DNA of 64,000 nucleotides from Candidatus Altimarinota bacterium (GTDB lineage: Bacteria > Patescibacteriota > Gracilibacteria > 1-14-2-50-48-13), in the NCBI GenBank assembly GCA_046314355.1, contig JBKBWQ010000001.1, positions 1,184,001-1,248,000 of the forward strand, written 5' to 3'. The translations under genes were made by a program, and so were the position numbers. Below are positions 19,208-31,613 of the stretch, in pieces. The number at the start of each line of letters is the position of its first letter. Position 1 is the first letter of the stretch. Under the pieces are notes generated by a model. The model did not search any database, was not told where the DNA came from, and saw only the letters and a list, made by a program, of their open reading frames with translations.

Positions 19208-20581
19208 TTATATAAATAACTTTTGGATTTCTTCCGGCATTGTCTTTGTGAGAGTAGTTGCCATTACTTCCTTCTCCCATTCTTCATACTCTGTAAACCC
19301 AGGCATATATTCCTTTTCAAACATCTCCATCATTAGGCTTCCTTTAAATTCTCCCTTCTCTCTTACCTTATAAAAAGCAACTGCACTCTCTTTCGGCGTA
19401 CCCACACACTCAAAGGGCTTATGACCTTCAAGTCCAAGCAACTCCTTATATGTTTTCAGCTGATCATCATCTTCAAAAAGATCTGCTCCAAAGATCTCAA
19501 GAAGTTTCGCTTTAGGCAAAAAGGCTGCAAGCATGAGAAATACAAAGGCGCACTTTTCACACTTTCCGCACCACAGGGTGGACGGAGCTTGTTTGTTGAT
19601 AGTGAAGTTACGGTTGCAGCTTGAAAAAATGGAAAGATAATCTCTCTCGGGTTCAGATGTCTTTTTACTATGAGTATATCCATGTGAAGCTGCAAACTGT
19701 TCAGTAATTTTTAGTTCATACCATGGACGGAGAAGACTGTAATACTCTATAGAAGGAGATATATACTTCTTTATATATGCATGCAGCATTTCTTCAAATT
19801 CATAACTCTTTGAATACTGATGATTCACCATCATTCCAAGATACTCTACCATCCCTTCATCAGCACTTTTTTCCAGAGAGAAGACGATATCAGAATATCC
19901 GTAAAGGATGCAGCAGATGACCATCACAAAAGAAATATATGCTGTGATCGGTACGTGACCATTCCAGACTGTACCTGATTTATTCCATTCAAAAAGTAAT
20001 GGATCCATTTCACGTTTGATAAGCAGCCATGGCTTTCCTATCTTTTCTACACAAGGTTTGATAGGTCCGTGAGCGTGAACACTAAAGGAAGTGAACCCCT
20101 TATTGTTTTTAAATAAAAGCTCTGCGGAGACGAGAGAGTCTTTTCCTCCTCCGATAGGAAGCAGCACTCCGTTTGGCAGATCCAGCTCTTTAGATGCAGC
20201 AGCTTCTCTATCTATATATGGAAAATGTACAAGGTCTCTAAAATCAATCTGATTCTTAAAGAAGAACTCGCCGAGTCCTTTTGTATATAATGTATCCCAG
20301 AATGCAGCTTGATCTTTATCAAGAGAACCGCTCTTTATAGTCATCTCCTTTGGAAGTGTAGTTTTCCAATACCCTATGCCACCTATAAGATGAAGATTGA
20401 AGAAAGCCGTCTCGAGAGCATTTTGGTTTACTTTATTCCAATTAATATTCTCTACAGGGAAATATATTTTCTCTTCAAATTTATCTTCATCAAGAGAGTA
20501 CACTAATGAAAGTGCGCCTGTTTCCTTATTGAATTGGTAGTTTTCAAATGTGAAGTTTTGATGTGTCCGTTTGTCTGTCAT
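19208..20581 (-). CDS. murL: UDP-MurNAc-L-Ala-L-Glu epimerase
   Basis: IGGGKDSLVS; NGHVPITA; VNHQYSKS; FSSCNRNF; WCGKCEKC; KPFECVG. Confidence 0.85.
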   Translation of the reverse strand: MTDKRTHQNFTFENYQFNKETGALSLVYSLDEDKFEEKIYFPVENINWNKVNQNALETAFFNLHLIGGIGYWKTTLPKEMTIKSGSLDKDQAAFWDTLYTKGLGEFFFKNQIDFRDLVHFPYIDREAAASKELDLPNGVLLPIGGGKDSLVSAELLFKNNKGFTSFSVHAHGPIKPCVEKIGKPWLLIKREMDPLLFEWNKSGTVWNGHVPITAYISFVMVICCILYGYSDIVFSLEKSADEGMVEYLGMMVNHQYSKSYEFEEMLHAYIKKYISPSIEYYSLLRPWYELKITEQFAASHGYTHSKKTSEPERDYLSIFSSCNRNFTINKQAPSTLWCGKCEKCAFVFLMLAAFLPKAKLLEIFGADLFEDDDQLKTYKELLGLEGHKPFECVGTPKESAVAFYKVREKGEFKGSLMMEMFEKEYMPGFTEYEEWEKEVMATTLTKTMPEEIQKLFI

Positions 20582-20784
20582 GAGTCTAGGTGCAGTGATA
20601 GTGGAAAGATAGTAGCAAAGTTCTCTGACTTTGGCAAAAGAACTCTCTTTGTATATGAATTTTACAAACTAATAATATATGTTTTTGTATAGAAAAAATA
20701 TTGACTAATTTATCAAAAAGACTAATATCCGCCTGCCAAAATTTGGCTATTATGATTATTATCTTATGAAAGGAGGACCTTGTC

Positions 20785-21342
20785 ATGAGATTTGGTCTAC
20801 TAATAGGAGTATTTCTCATTTACCTGTACTTTGGTCCCTGGGCATTTGAGAGCGGTATCGCTTCAGCAAGGCATTCACTAGCAACTGGGGACGGGATCGC
20901 ATCTATAGTACTTGTGCCGGTGATAATTGTTGCTGTTATAGCTGGAGTTATCATTGCATTAGGAGTCCACTTTTCTGCCCCAATAGGGGCAGGATATGCA
21001 AAGATAAAACTTGCTAAAGATATAGTAACAGCTGTTGCTCCTCAAAAAGTTAAAGATGGGGTTACTCATTTGAAGGATTCATTCTTTGACTGGCTGAGTG
21101 ATTTAGCTGAAGACTTCATTGCTCCGCCTGCAGTAAGTCTAGGAGGGGCAACTCTGACTATTGTGGCAATATGGTGTCTCAGTAGATATGGATACCTGAT
21201 GCTGAAGATAACTTCAGGACGCAATATAGTGTATGTAATATTAGCTTTAATAGTTATTGTGACATGCAACTATTGGATTCTTAAAGTTCTTGGCTTTGTC
21301 GAAGACTTTATAAATTGGAGGGAAGAGAGAGATATTCCATGA
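20785..21342 (+). CDS. Hypothetical membrane protein
   Basis: AAGGAGG SD; TTGACT-16-TAATAT promoter; several TM segments; TGA stop followed directly by a terminator (21342-21381). Confidence 0.7.
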   Translation: MRFGLLIGVFLIYLYFGPWAFESGIASARHSLATGDGIASIVLVPVIIVAVIAGVIIALGVHFSAPIGAGYAKIKLAKDIVTAVAPQKVKDGVTHLKDSFFDWLSDLAEDFIAPPAVSLGGATLTIVAIWCLSRYGYLMLKITSGRNIVYVILALIVIVTCNYWILKVLGFVEDFINWREERDIP

Positions 21343-21384
21343 AAAAAACCCTATACACTTTTGGTATAGGGTTTATTTTTTATA

Positions 21385-22122
21385 TTACTTTAAAATTCTT
21401 ATTGTATCCTCATCTATAAACTGCACATCTTGACCAAGGCTTAAGTACACAAACTTTGTCTTATCCTTCTGGAATTCAAAGAATGTTTTTGCGTTTGTCC
21501 ATCCGTAGGCACCGCAGTATCCCCAAGCTGGTTCTCCTTTTGCTTCAGCATCAGCGAGTACTTTATCATTTGGATCAATAGTATAACGTACTGCTCCTAC
21601 TGCAGATGCAGGTATATCAAGCTTTGTAAGTTCACAGTTCTGCTGCTCTTCAGTTCCTAGTTTGGATACGAAGAGGCGTTTTAGGACTGCTTCGTCTGTC
21701 TCATCTCCCTGTTTATAAAACACTGTCATTACAGGATACTGGTCTGCAGATCCGTCTGAGTTTACAAGCTTATTATCTTTCCACATATAAGGCAGCTTTG
21801 TTTTATCTTCTCCGCATGTCTGCTCAAGAAATTGCACTCCAAGTTCTTCGTTTTTTATTTCCTGCCAGCTGCAGCCTTCCGCAGGTGCTCTTGAAGGAAT
21901 GATACTTCCCACCTCTGCAAAACTTGGCTCTGCAACATTTTGATTAGTGATACTCAAAAGTCCCATGGAGGTATTACTATTTATATTCTCTATACTATTA
22001 TTATTTACTATTGGATTATTTGTATTTGAGGACTGAGAACTGAAAGGAATCTCAACTGAACAGGAAGTAATGAGAAGGATTCCTGAGAAAACAACAGAAA
22101 AGCGCTTGTATAGTAAGTTCAT
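21385..22122 (-). CDS. Putative lipoprotein with Asn-rich linker
   Basis: Lipobox-like ITSC after a hydrophobic stretch; NTNN...NINSNTS linker; paired cysteines. Confidence 0.7.
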   Translation of the reverse strand: MNLLYKRFSVVFSGILLITSCSVEIPFSSQSSNTNNPIVNNNSIENINSNTSMGLLSITNQNVAEPSFAEVGSIIPSRAPAEGCSWQEIKNEELGVQFLEQTCGEDKTKLPYMWKDNKLVNSDGSADQYPVMTVFYKQGDETDEAVLKRLFVSKLGTEEQQNCELTKLDIPASAVGAVRYTIDPNDKVLADAEAKGEPAWGYCGAYGWTNAKTFFEFQKDKTKFVYLSLGQDVQFIDEDTIRILK

Positions 22123-22598
22123 GTGGAAGATAAAAAAATATATGTGTATTTTAACACGGATGGGACTATCAACTCAAAAATATTTATAAAAATGAATGAC
22201 AGTATGTGACGGATATAAGACGATAGTTCCATATTTTAGAAGACATATCGTTTTTCATCCTGGTAGAAGATAGTGGCTATCTATTGTATAACGATCTTTT
22301 GTGTGCTTTTGATTAGTTGTTTTTGTAGAATTATCCGCATTAATAGATGCCGCTACAAAGGAATATATAGAGTATGAAGAGAGAAGAATAAGTATGGAGA
22401 AAAAGATAATAAGAAACTGGAGTGTAGAAAGTATAAGATACTATACTTTTACTATTACATCTTATAGCAAAATTTTTTAGAGAGGAGAGAGGGCAAGGTA
22501 AGAGATATTTTTTTGAAAAAAGAGGGGCTCTTATTTCCTTTATTAGAGCCATTATTTTTCGGCAGTGGACATTTTACTGTTTTTCTTGTGAAAAAGTG

Positions 22599-22626
22599 TT
22601 GACTTTATTTTGCTAATCCGTAAGAT
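22599..22626 (+). promoter_or_regulatory. 16S rRNA promoter
   Basis: TTGACT-16 bp-TAAGAT about 130 bp upstream of the mature 16S. Confidence 0.75.
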
Positions 22627-22758
22627 ACATCTCGCATCCTGGTTCGAAAGAACGCACGGATGAGTTGGACCTTTGATATCTAGAGTGTAGTAGACAAAAT
22701 TACTTGGTAAGTAATATGGATGCTCTGCTTATTAGTTTATACTAGTAATGCAACATTT

Positions 22759-24242
<1,484 letters not shown>

Positions 24243-24356
24243 CCAGATTTTTTTTGGATAATGGTCGACACACGGAACTTCGGTTCTGTGGAGAGATCAA
24301 GTAATTTTCTCTACTACGCTTTGGGTATCAATCGCATCAAAGGCGACATATATACT

Positions 24357-24388
24357 AAAAAAGCTCATCAGAAATGATGGGCTTTTTT
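24357..24388 (+). terminator. Terminator of the 16S transcription unit
   Basis: AAAAAAGCTCATCA-GAAA-TGATGGGCTTTTTT. Confidence 0.85.
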
Positions 24389-24479
24389 GTGCGTTGAAAT
24401 AGTTGGCTATATATAGGTATAGTCGCTTTTTTTAGCTGAATATGGTACTATATAAAGAATACTTTTTCTTCTCTCTCAT

Positions 24480-26354
24480 ATGGACACAAGACTTTGTCTT
24501 ACATATTTCTTAAGATTACTACTGCTCAGTATTATGTGCTGTAGTTTTTTCTCAATAAAAATTGTAAGTGCAATAGATAATGAAGTACAAAAAGAAAAGG
24601 ACTTTTTGATTCTACCTCAGGAGTTTTATAATACCGATGGTGGGTATGCATATACATATGCTCCATCTATAATTAAAGAAAACGACACATATCATGTATT
24701 TGCCTGTTCTCTTCCTAAGGATGAACAAGGTGGAAATCCTTATGGAGCTTGGGATTTTATAAGATATACAAAATCTATTGATAGCGGAAAAACTTGGAGT
24801 ACTCCTGTAATCAGTCTTAAATCAAAAATGAATGCACAAGGGATAGATAGATCCGCATGTGATCCAAGTGTAGTATATTACAAAGGATATTATTATATGT
24901 ACTACGGTTCTGTATATAGAACTGGTTACATAAACAATGTTCCTCAATACTATACTCATGTCCAAGTCGCCCGAGCTGAGCAAATAGAGGGACCATATCT
25001 GACTTATACAATGAATAATACCTGGGAATTTGAACCAAATGATCCAAAGCCGATCATATATCCATATTATAAGGAACCAAATCTGAATGGTGTACCTCTT
25101 GCAGGGGAGCAGTCACTGGGATATGGAGCAGGTCAGCCTACTGTACTTGTGAAGGATGATCAGCTCTATCTTTGGTATGTTGATACCTCACGTTCTGATA
25201 GAAAAGAATCCCCTGCTGCTTCTCTTAATCTTATCAAGTCAGATGACCCTGTAAATTGGGGAAATCTTTCTATTGATGGTAAGACCTGGTCGCCTAAAAA
25301 TGTAGCAAAACTTACGAGTGATGAAGCTCTTGAAATAGGTGAAATAAAATACGATGATATAAGAGGACTTTTTACTACTGTGGTGATACATGATAATCAT
25401 AATGTCTCATCTTCTCTTTGGATTACAGATTCTATAGACGGTGTACATTGGTCTAAGGCACGTATACTCACTCCTGCCGTAGCATTCCCAAATTTTTCTC
25501 ATAATATTGGAATGGAGGGAGATAGAACTGGTCATATTCGATCTGATAAACTTATGGTAGGATTTGGATCTGCGAAGGATTTTGATGCGCAAAGTGATAG
25601 GTGGGGTAACTGGGATCTCAAAGGCATCTTTGTCTCTTTAAAACAGCAGACAGTGTCTACTGGGGCATTGACTATGCTTGAATCGGAAAAGAATCTTCAG
25701 GAACAGTTGTCACATTCAGCAGTTCTAAAGGAGAGTGCTATGACCAAGCTTATTGATACAAATGTATTTCTAGATTCTGCAGTATTTGACTGGAAATATT
25801 ATACAGCTGCGTATCCCGATCTAAGATCTTTGACTGAGACTGAAGCACGATTTCACTGGAAAAATTACGGTTCTATAGAAGGACGAAATGCTCATTCAAA
25901 CTTTCTCGCACGCTACTATATACAATCGAATCCTGCTCTAGCCCGAATACTGCAGTGGAATCCTGATGATCTGAGCACTTATGCCCGGGCGATTCAGCAT
26001 TTTATTTTCTCAGGTAGATCACTAGGAAAGACTGGCACAAAGCAGGAACTTATAAATACGACGAGTATACTTGATCCAAAAGTTTTTAACTGGGAGTTTT
26101 ATACAAGAAAGCCTAAATACGAATCTCTTTATCTTGCAGATGCGGCAATTGTAACGAGAAATAGTGATTTGACATTTATGAATGAAGAGCAGGCAAAGAA
26201 TCACTGGATACATTTTGGTCTGTATGAAGGCAGACCATCTAGCCCTGAATTCTGGATCACAAGATATTTTGATCAGCATCCTGAACTGAGATCTGAGCTT
26301 GGAAGTACACCAAAGGATTATTTAAAATATGTTATGCATTTTATGCAAAGATAG
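24480..26354 (+). CDS. Exported five-bladed beta-propeller glycoside hydrolase (GH43/clan F-J-like) with C-terminal F-D-W..YPDL..H...G..EGR repeats
   Basis: Signal peptide; YAPSIIKE; ACDPSVVYYKGYYYMYY; YGAGQPTV; Asp-box-like SIDSGKTW; four C-terminal repeats. Confidence 0.7.
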   Translation: MDTRLCLTYFLRLLLLSIMCCSFFSIKIVSAIDNEVQKEKDFLILPQEFYNTDGGYAYTYAPSIIKENDTYHVFACSLPKDEQGGNPYGAWDFIRYTKSIDSGKTWSTPVISLKSKMNAQGIDRSACDPSVVYYKGYYYMYYGSVYRTGYINNVPQYYTHVQVARAEQIEGPYLTYTMNNTWEFEPNDPKPIIYPYYKEPNLNGVPLAGEQSLGYGAGQPTVLVKDDQLYLWYVDTSRSDRKESPAASLNLIKSDDPVNWGNLSIDGKTWSPKNVAKLTSDEALEIGEIKYDDIRGLFTTVVIHDNHNVSSSLWITDSIDGVHWSKARILTPAVAFPNFSHNIGMEGDRTGHIRSDKLMVGFGSAKDFDAQSDRWGNWDLKGIFVSLKQQTVSTGALTMLESEKNLQEQLSHSAVLKESAMTKLIDTNVFLDSAVFDWKYYTAAYPDLRSLTETEARFHWKNYGSIEGRNAHSNFLARYYIQSNPALARILQWNPDDLSTYARAIQHFIFSGRSLGKTGTKQELINTTSILDPKVFNWEFYTRKPKYESLYLADAAIVTRNSDLTFMNEEQAKNHWIHFGLYEGRPSSPEFWITRYFDQHPELRSELGSTPKDYLKYVMHFMQR

Positions 26355-26488
26355 GTTTATTGCCTATGGATACTCTTCATGGTAAAATGATCAGAAGTAT
26401 TCATAAGATATTGTGTCAGATCATACTTTAGATAAAGAAAAATATGATCTTCACTAAAAATCTTCATTAAAATAAATAAAAAAACACA

Positions 26489-29400
26489 ATGCAGCTTTCG
26501 ACTGAGCAAAAAAAATACTCACTGGCAATTCTTGGAACCATACTTATAGCAGGTATTGTTCTCCTTCTGGATGACAATGGTGGACTGCTGCGATCAAGTG
26601 TTCTGTTTTCAGGTTCTGATTCCGAAGTGGTATACAATAATCCGCTTGAAGATAATTATGAAGAGAAAGCACCTTCATACGACATAGATTTAAATTCTCT
26701 TGAGAGCTCGCCTTATACTAAAATATACTCTTCCTCATCACTTGGGGCGGAAGGACAGCATATGCTAGCTGAAACGTCATCAGGAGCACTTGCAGTAGTT
26801 GGTAAGACAAATGTAAAGAACTTTAGAATTGCATACAATGAAGATAAGGATCCTCTCTCTGGACAAATGTCTTCTGCGCTTTTTCTAGCAAAAACCGCAT
26901 TTTTGACACAGGCAAAAAATGTATTTCCTGGGATTACTGTACCTGTAACGGAGACAGACAAGCTTCTTACTCATAAGATTGAGACTCTCAGCTTAGAGGA
27001 TTTTTTAAAGACCACTGCTTCAGGAGCTTTATTCTCTCCAGAGCCTGGAAAAATATCGATAGCATTGAATACTGCTTATACTTTTGACGCTGTTTCAAAT
27101 ACAGCAAACCACCTCACTGGTCCTCTAGTACAAACTGCAAGCGGTACTTATATCGTAAATGACGTAAGTACTGTACTTGCAAAGGAGAAGAATATTCCTC
27201 TCATTGCTCTTCAGAATCAGGAGGCGGTCAAGAAAGTAAAAGAAGTACTTCAGTCACAGTTTGTAAAACGGGGATTTTCAAGTACAGTTGCTCTTACGAA
27301 AACAGAAACACTTATTGCAGATCATATTTCCTTTGAGCTTGGAAGCAAAGTATCTTCTGTAGAGAATGGATATCTTGACCCTAAAACCTACGCAGAAGTT
27401 GCTGCTGCATCAATTTTGAAAATAAAAGAAATAGCACCTAAAGCTCAAATAGTTTTGAGCGTACCTGCGAACGCAAACGGTGACTGGTGGAACTGGGGTA
27501 CTCAATATAATCTCAAGGATCTTTTTCAGACGCTCACTGCGAGTACGCAGTACTCAAGTATCAAGAGTAACATAAAGGGATTATCTCTTTCATTGCCAAA
27601 TTATGAAAAGTGGAAAGAAAGTCTCCATTCTGTTCGAAGTATTGCTGATGCTCACGGCTTTGGAGGAACTCCTTTGTGGATCATCGGACAGGAAAAAAGC
27701 GGCAATTCTATGCAGAGTTTTGAGCAGGCAATGGTGACATTCAAGGGATTTCTTGAGCTGACTGGTAGAAAAGATGTGGCATATACAAGTATCTTTAGTC
27801 TCTTCGGTGATCTCGCTGGAGTAAATGTAAATGGACGCTGGTCTAATGATGCCGCACAAATAAAAGATCCCTTTTTAGCTTCACTTAAAACTGATACGGC
27901 TCGTGTCCTTCCGCTTGGAGTACTTAGTCAGATATTTCAGAAAACATTTTTCTCTGGAGAAAATTTTACAACAAAGCTCTTTAGAAGTTCAGAAGTACTT
28001 ACAGAGTTCTTTGGTCAAACGCAGGATGGTAAAAAACGTGGTTTGGTCATGAACCTTACTGATAGCCCTAAGACATACACTTTAAAGAATTCCGCGAAGC
28101 TGCAGGTGACAGAGGTAACGAATACAACTGCATCAGGATCACTTATAGATCAATTTGGGGCGTCAGCTGTACGAAATGTAAAAATAAAGGAGCCGTTTAT
28201 CTTCGGAGTGAATGGTCATCCGATGAATCAGGAGAGCTATAAACAAACCGGTGCACCTTCAATAACAGAAGGAGTACTTCTCACTGAGCAGCTTGACCGT
28301 ATTCAGGATATGGGACTCACATCATATAGAATTGATGTGGGACAACCAAATGCTGTTTTTGACCAGGCAGTACTTGAGGGAAAGAAAAGAGGAATCACTA
28401 TCCTCCCTGTTATTTTTCCTCCGGTAAACCTGGATGTTGAATCTGATCTCGCAAAGATAGAAAAAATTTCTCATGACTACGCATTGGATTTTGCAAAGAA
28501 ATATAAGGATGATATTCCTGTATGGGAATTGCACAATGAGATGGATAACTATACACAGCTCCGTAAAGGTGACATCGTAAACGGTCAGCCGTGGCCATGG
28601 GAAGCCTGGATGATCAATGGCGACACGAAAGAGCAACATGATGAAGGACGCAGTGCAAAAGTTGCTGCTATGATGAAAGGACTCACAAACGGTGTTCATG
28701 AAGCTGATCCGAAGCTTAAAACAACCATAGATGGCGGATGGCTTCACTTTGGATACATCCAGAGAATGGTGGATGCTGGTGTAAACTTCGACATTCTTTC
28801 TTGGCACTGGTACTCAAGCATGGGTGATATTACAAAAGTAAATGGTGCGGTCAACGCAGTTGCCGAGCTTGCTAAGTTTGGCAAGGATATCTGGATCACA
28901 GAAGGTAATAAATGGGGAGGAGATATGGGAGCAACTGGTGCTGAACAAGCTCAATATGCAAAAGACATCATGCTGCAGATGGTAAATCTTCCACAGGTAA
29001 AAGCTTATTACTTCTATGAACTCCTGGATGAACCCTATTTTGGAGAGACAAATCCTGAATCCCATTTTGGTCTTTTCCAGATGAAGAAAAGTGCACAGGG
29101 AACTTGGATTGTTGATAAGCCAAAACCTATAGTGGAAGTGATAAAAGCTACTACGAAACTGATACGTGAACAAGAATACCGACAAGTGCCTGGTAATGAG
29201 AGCTTTGAACTTGGTATGAATGGACATCCTTTTATACAGGAGGGATATAGTAACATTGGTGTTTCTGTAGAAGAGCAGATAGCACTTCTCAAGGAACTTG
29301 GTGCAAAAGCGTACAGACATACCGTCCCAAAATCAGATGAAGACTTTGATAAGCTTATTGCTGCTGCAAAGAAAGAAAATATTGAGCTCAAGCCAATCAT

Positions 29401-31432
29401 GTTTCCAGTTATGTTCCCAATTCTTGGACTGCCTGAAATGGACGCGAATGGTAATGAGATAAAAACAGCTGATGGATCAGTAAAAATTATGGACCCAGGA
29501 TACTATCTATGGAATAGTCCTGCCTCTAACTGGACTTCTTGGGAAAATATTACTCTTGAGCAGATTGAGCAAATATCCTATGACTATGCTTTCAATAAAG
29601 TAAGTAAGTATAAAAATGAAATACACGCTTGGGAGTTTCAGAATGAGCTAGAAAATTATGCGTTTCTGCAGCAAGGAGAACGTGATATTGAAGGTAAGCT
29701 TCTTGAAGTTCCAGGATGGCATTTAGATGGAAGCTTAAAGAAACATTACAATCAGACTAGATATGAGAGAGTGCGGGCAACAATGAGAGGTATGTCCCGG
29801 GGTGTACATGATGCAGATCCTACTGCAAAGCGTATCATAGATGCTGGATGGTTACATTTCGGATTCCTTGACCGCCTGACTGAGGATAATGTTGGGTTTG
29901 AAGTTATTGCGTGGCATTGGTACTCTAATATGGAGGCAAAAGATGATCCAAAAACTCCTCTAAAAGATGAGACAACTACTATTGTTAATGTAGGCGGTAC
30001 GATCAATGTGCCGCAGAAATTAAACTCTTATGGAAAAGAAGTATGGATCAATGAAGGAAACAGCGGATACACCGATGATGCAGTTATTGAGGAAAATCAG
30101 TCAAGATACCTGACAAATACACTTACACAACTTATAGGGCTCTATCCACAGATAAAGAAGTACTTTATCTATGAGCTCCTGAATGAACCGTATCTACTCA
30201 ACAGAATCGAAGCTGAGAGAAAGTTTGGTATTGTGGATATCGTCAAAGAAGGTGGAAGATGGGTGCTTGGTAAAAAGAAACTTTCATTTGCTGCAGTAGG
30301 AAATCTGATAAGAAATTATAGATTGCCGGAGAGTACGCTTCGTGACAAGTATCTTGCAGCGCTACGAATACAAGAGTTCCCTAAAATTAATAAATATACG
30401 ATCCTGCCGAATACAAAGGATAGTGTCATACTTACATTACCGCCAAAGAGTGCAGTCTTCCTCTCTGAGGATATGATAGAAACTAATTCTGAAGACCTAT
30501 TGCTTGGTAGTCAGGATATTATAAAGAATACAGCGAGCAGTTATCTTCCTTCTTTGGAAACAGCACCTCGCGTCTCTCCTGAGCCGCCTCAAGATCCTGT
30601 TGCAGTAAATGGAAACAGTAATGCGCAGAATGCCAATCTCAATCAGAATAAGACAAGTAATGGGAATGCACCAATTCTCAACACTAACCAAAATCTACCT
30701 AGCTCGGTGAATTTGAACCTAAATACTAATGCCCGTTCATCAGGATCGGTGACAAATTCAAGTACTGGAAGTTCGGGCGTATCATATGCCGGAGGAAGTG
30801 CTGCAAATGCAAACCAGAATCTAAAAGCATCAGCACCAGTAAGACAGAGTTCCTTTAAAGATATTACAGGACATTTCGCGAGTATATTTATTGATGAGCT
30901 TGCAGAGAAGGGTGTATTACAAGGCAGGGCTCCTGGGAAGTTTGATCCAAATGGCACATTAAATCGTGCGGAAAGCACTAAGGCTGTTGTGAAAGCATTT
31001 TACCCACAGCAGGATGAGGTCAAATTTACAGAACAATTCAAATCAGCACATAAAAACTATACCTACATGTACTTTAAAGATGTACCTCTCCAGATATGGT
31101 ATGCAGGGTTTGTAGGAATAGCTAAGGAGGCAGGTATCGTCTCTGGTATCGATGCACAGTTATTTGAACCAGCACGGTCTGCAAATCGTGCGGAAATACT
31201 CAAACTTCTTTTGACTGCAAAGAAAGTGAATGTGGATCTTCTCTCAAGAGAATTTATCAAAACAAACCGCGGATATTTCCGGGATGTCTCAAGTACAAGC
31301 TGGTATGCAAAATATGTGTATGCTGCTGCAAATCTTGAACTGATTGATAAGCGTACTGCCTTTGAACCCGCACGGTCTATGACACGTGGAGAATTTGCTA
31401 AAGTTCTTTCTTTATCTCTGAAAATAAAATAA
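26489..31432 (+). CDS. 1647-aa surface protein: degenerate GH-A domain, two intact clan GH-A catalytic domains, three SLH domains
   Basis: N-terminal TM; WELHNE/WITEG and WEFQNE/WINEG catalytic pairs; SLH motifs (FKDITGH, LNRAE, ANRAE, MTRGEF). Confidence 0.8.
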   Translation: MQLSTEQKKYSLAILGTILIAGIVLLLDDNGGLLRSSVLFSGSDSEVVYNNPLEDNYEEKAPSYDIDLNSLESSPYTKIYSSSSLGAEGQHMLAETSSGALAVVGKTNVKNFRIAYNEDKDPLSGQMSSALFLAKTAFLTQAKNVFPGITVPVTETDKLLTHKIETLSLEDFLKTTASGALFSPEPGKISIALNTAYTFDAVSNTANHLTGPLVQTASGTYIVNDVSTVLAKEKNIPLIALQNQEAVKKVKEVLQSQFVKRGFSSTVALTKTETLIADHISFELGSKVSSVENGYLDPKTYAEVAAASILKIKEIAPKAQIVLSVPANANGDWWNWGTQYNLKDLFQTLTASTQYSSIKSNIKGLSLSLPNYEKWKESLHSVRSIADAHGFGGTPLWIIGQEKSGNSMQSFEQAMVTFKGFLELTGRKDVAYTSIFSLFGDLAGVNVNGRWSNDAAQIKDPFLASLKTDTARVLPLGVLSQIFQKTFFSGENFTTKLFRSSEVLTEFFGQTQDGKKRGLVMNLTDSPKTYTLKNSAKLQVTEVTNTTASGSLIDQFGASAVRNVKIKEPFIFGVNGHPMNQESYKQTGAPSITEGVLLTEQLDRIQDMGLTSYRIDVGQPNAVFDQAVLEGKKRGITILPVIFPPVNLDVESDLAKIEKISHDYALDFAKKYKDDIPVWELHNEMDNYTQLRKGDIVNGQPWPWEAWMINGDTKEQHDEGRSAKVAAMMKGLTNGVHEADPKLKTTIDGGWLHFGYIQRMVDAGVNFDILSWHWYSSMGDITKVNGAVNAVAELAKFGKDIWITEGNKWGGDMGATGAEQAQYAKDIMLQMVNLPQVKAYYFYELLDEPYFGETNPESHFGLFQMKKSAQGTWIVDKPKPIVEVIKATTKLIREQEYRQVPGNESFELGMNGHPFIQEGYSNIGVSVEEQIALLKELGAKAYRHTVPKSDEDFDKLIAAAKKENIELKPIMFPVMFPILGLPEMDANGNEIKTADGSVKIMDPGYYLWNSPASNWTSWENITLEQIEQISYDYAFNKVSKYKNEIHAWEFQNELENYAFLQQGERDIEGKLLEVPGWHLDGSLKKHYNQTRYERVRATMRGMSRGVHDADPTAKRIIDAGWLHFGFLDRLTEDNVGFEVIAWHWYSNMEAKDDPKTPLKDETTTIVNVGGTINVPQKLNSYGKEVWINEGNSGYTDDAVIEENQSRYLTNTLTQLIGLYPQIKKYFIYELLNEPYLLNRIEAERKFGIVDIVKEGGRWVLGKKKLSFAAVGNLIRNYRLPESTLRDKYLAALRIQEFPKINKYTILPNTKDSVILTLPPKSAVFLSEDMIETNSEDLLLGSQDIIKNTASSYLPSLETAPRVSPEPPQDPVAVNGNSNAQNANLNQNKTSNGNAPILNTNQNLPSSVNLNLNTNARSSGSVTNSSTGSSGVSYAGGSAANANQNLKASAPVRQSSFKDITGHFASIFIDELAEKGVLQGRAPGKFDPNGTLNRAESTKAVVKAFYPQQDEVKFTEQFKSAHKNYTYMYFKDVPLQIWYAGFVGIAKEAGIVSGIDAQLFEPARSANRAEILKLLLTAKKVNVDLLSREFIKTNRGYFRDVSSTSWYAKYVYAAANLELIDKRTAFEPARSMTRGEFAKVLSLSLKIK

Positions 31433-31446
31433 TAGATATTCTTACT

Positions 31447-31480
31447 AAAAAGAGCAGATCCTTAGATCTGCTCTTTTTTT
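31447..31480 (+). terminator. Intrinsic terminator
   Basis: AAAAGAGCAGATC-CTTA-GATCTGCTCTTTT followed by a U-tract. Confidence 0.85.
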
Positions 31481-31613
31481 GAAATAATAGATATGTAAAA
31501 CAAAATTATGAGATGTATAGGTATTTACGTAAAAATGCACCTTCCAGGTACTTGTGTAAAATGAGGGGCTAATGGTACAATGGTATGATAGTCTTATACA
31601 TAAACAAACACAT

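Noticed and set aside
379-21342. UGA-to-Gly recoding (code 25)
   Set aside because: Long genes are complete under code 11, and TGA ends genes at an ATGA overlap (379) and directly before a terminator (21342). The one internal stop in a gene is TAA.
22123-22598. Purine-rich intergenic stretch and ORF 22340-22552
   Set aside because: Low complexity with no repeat unit, structure or protein motif I can support.
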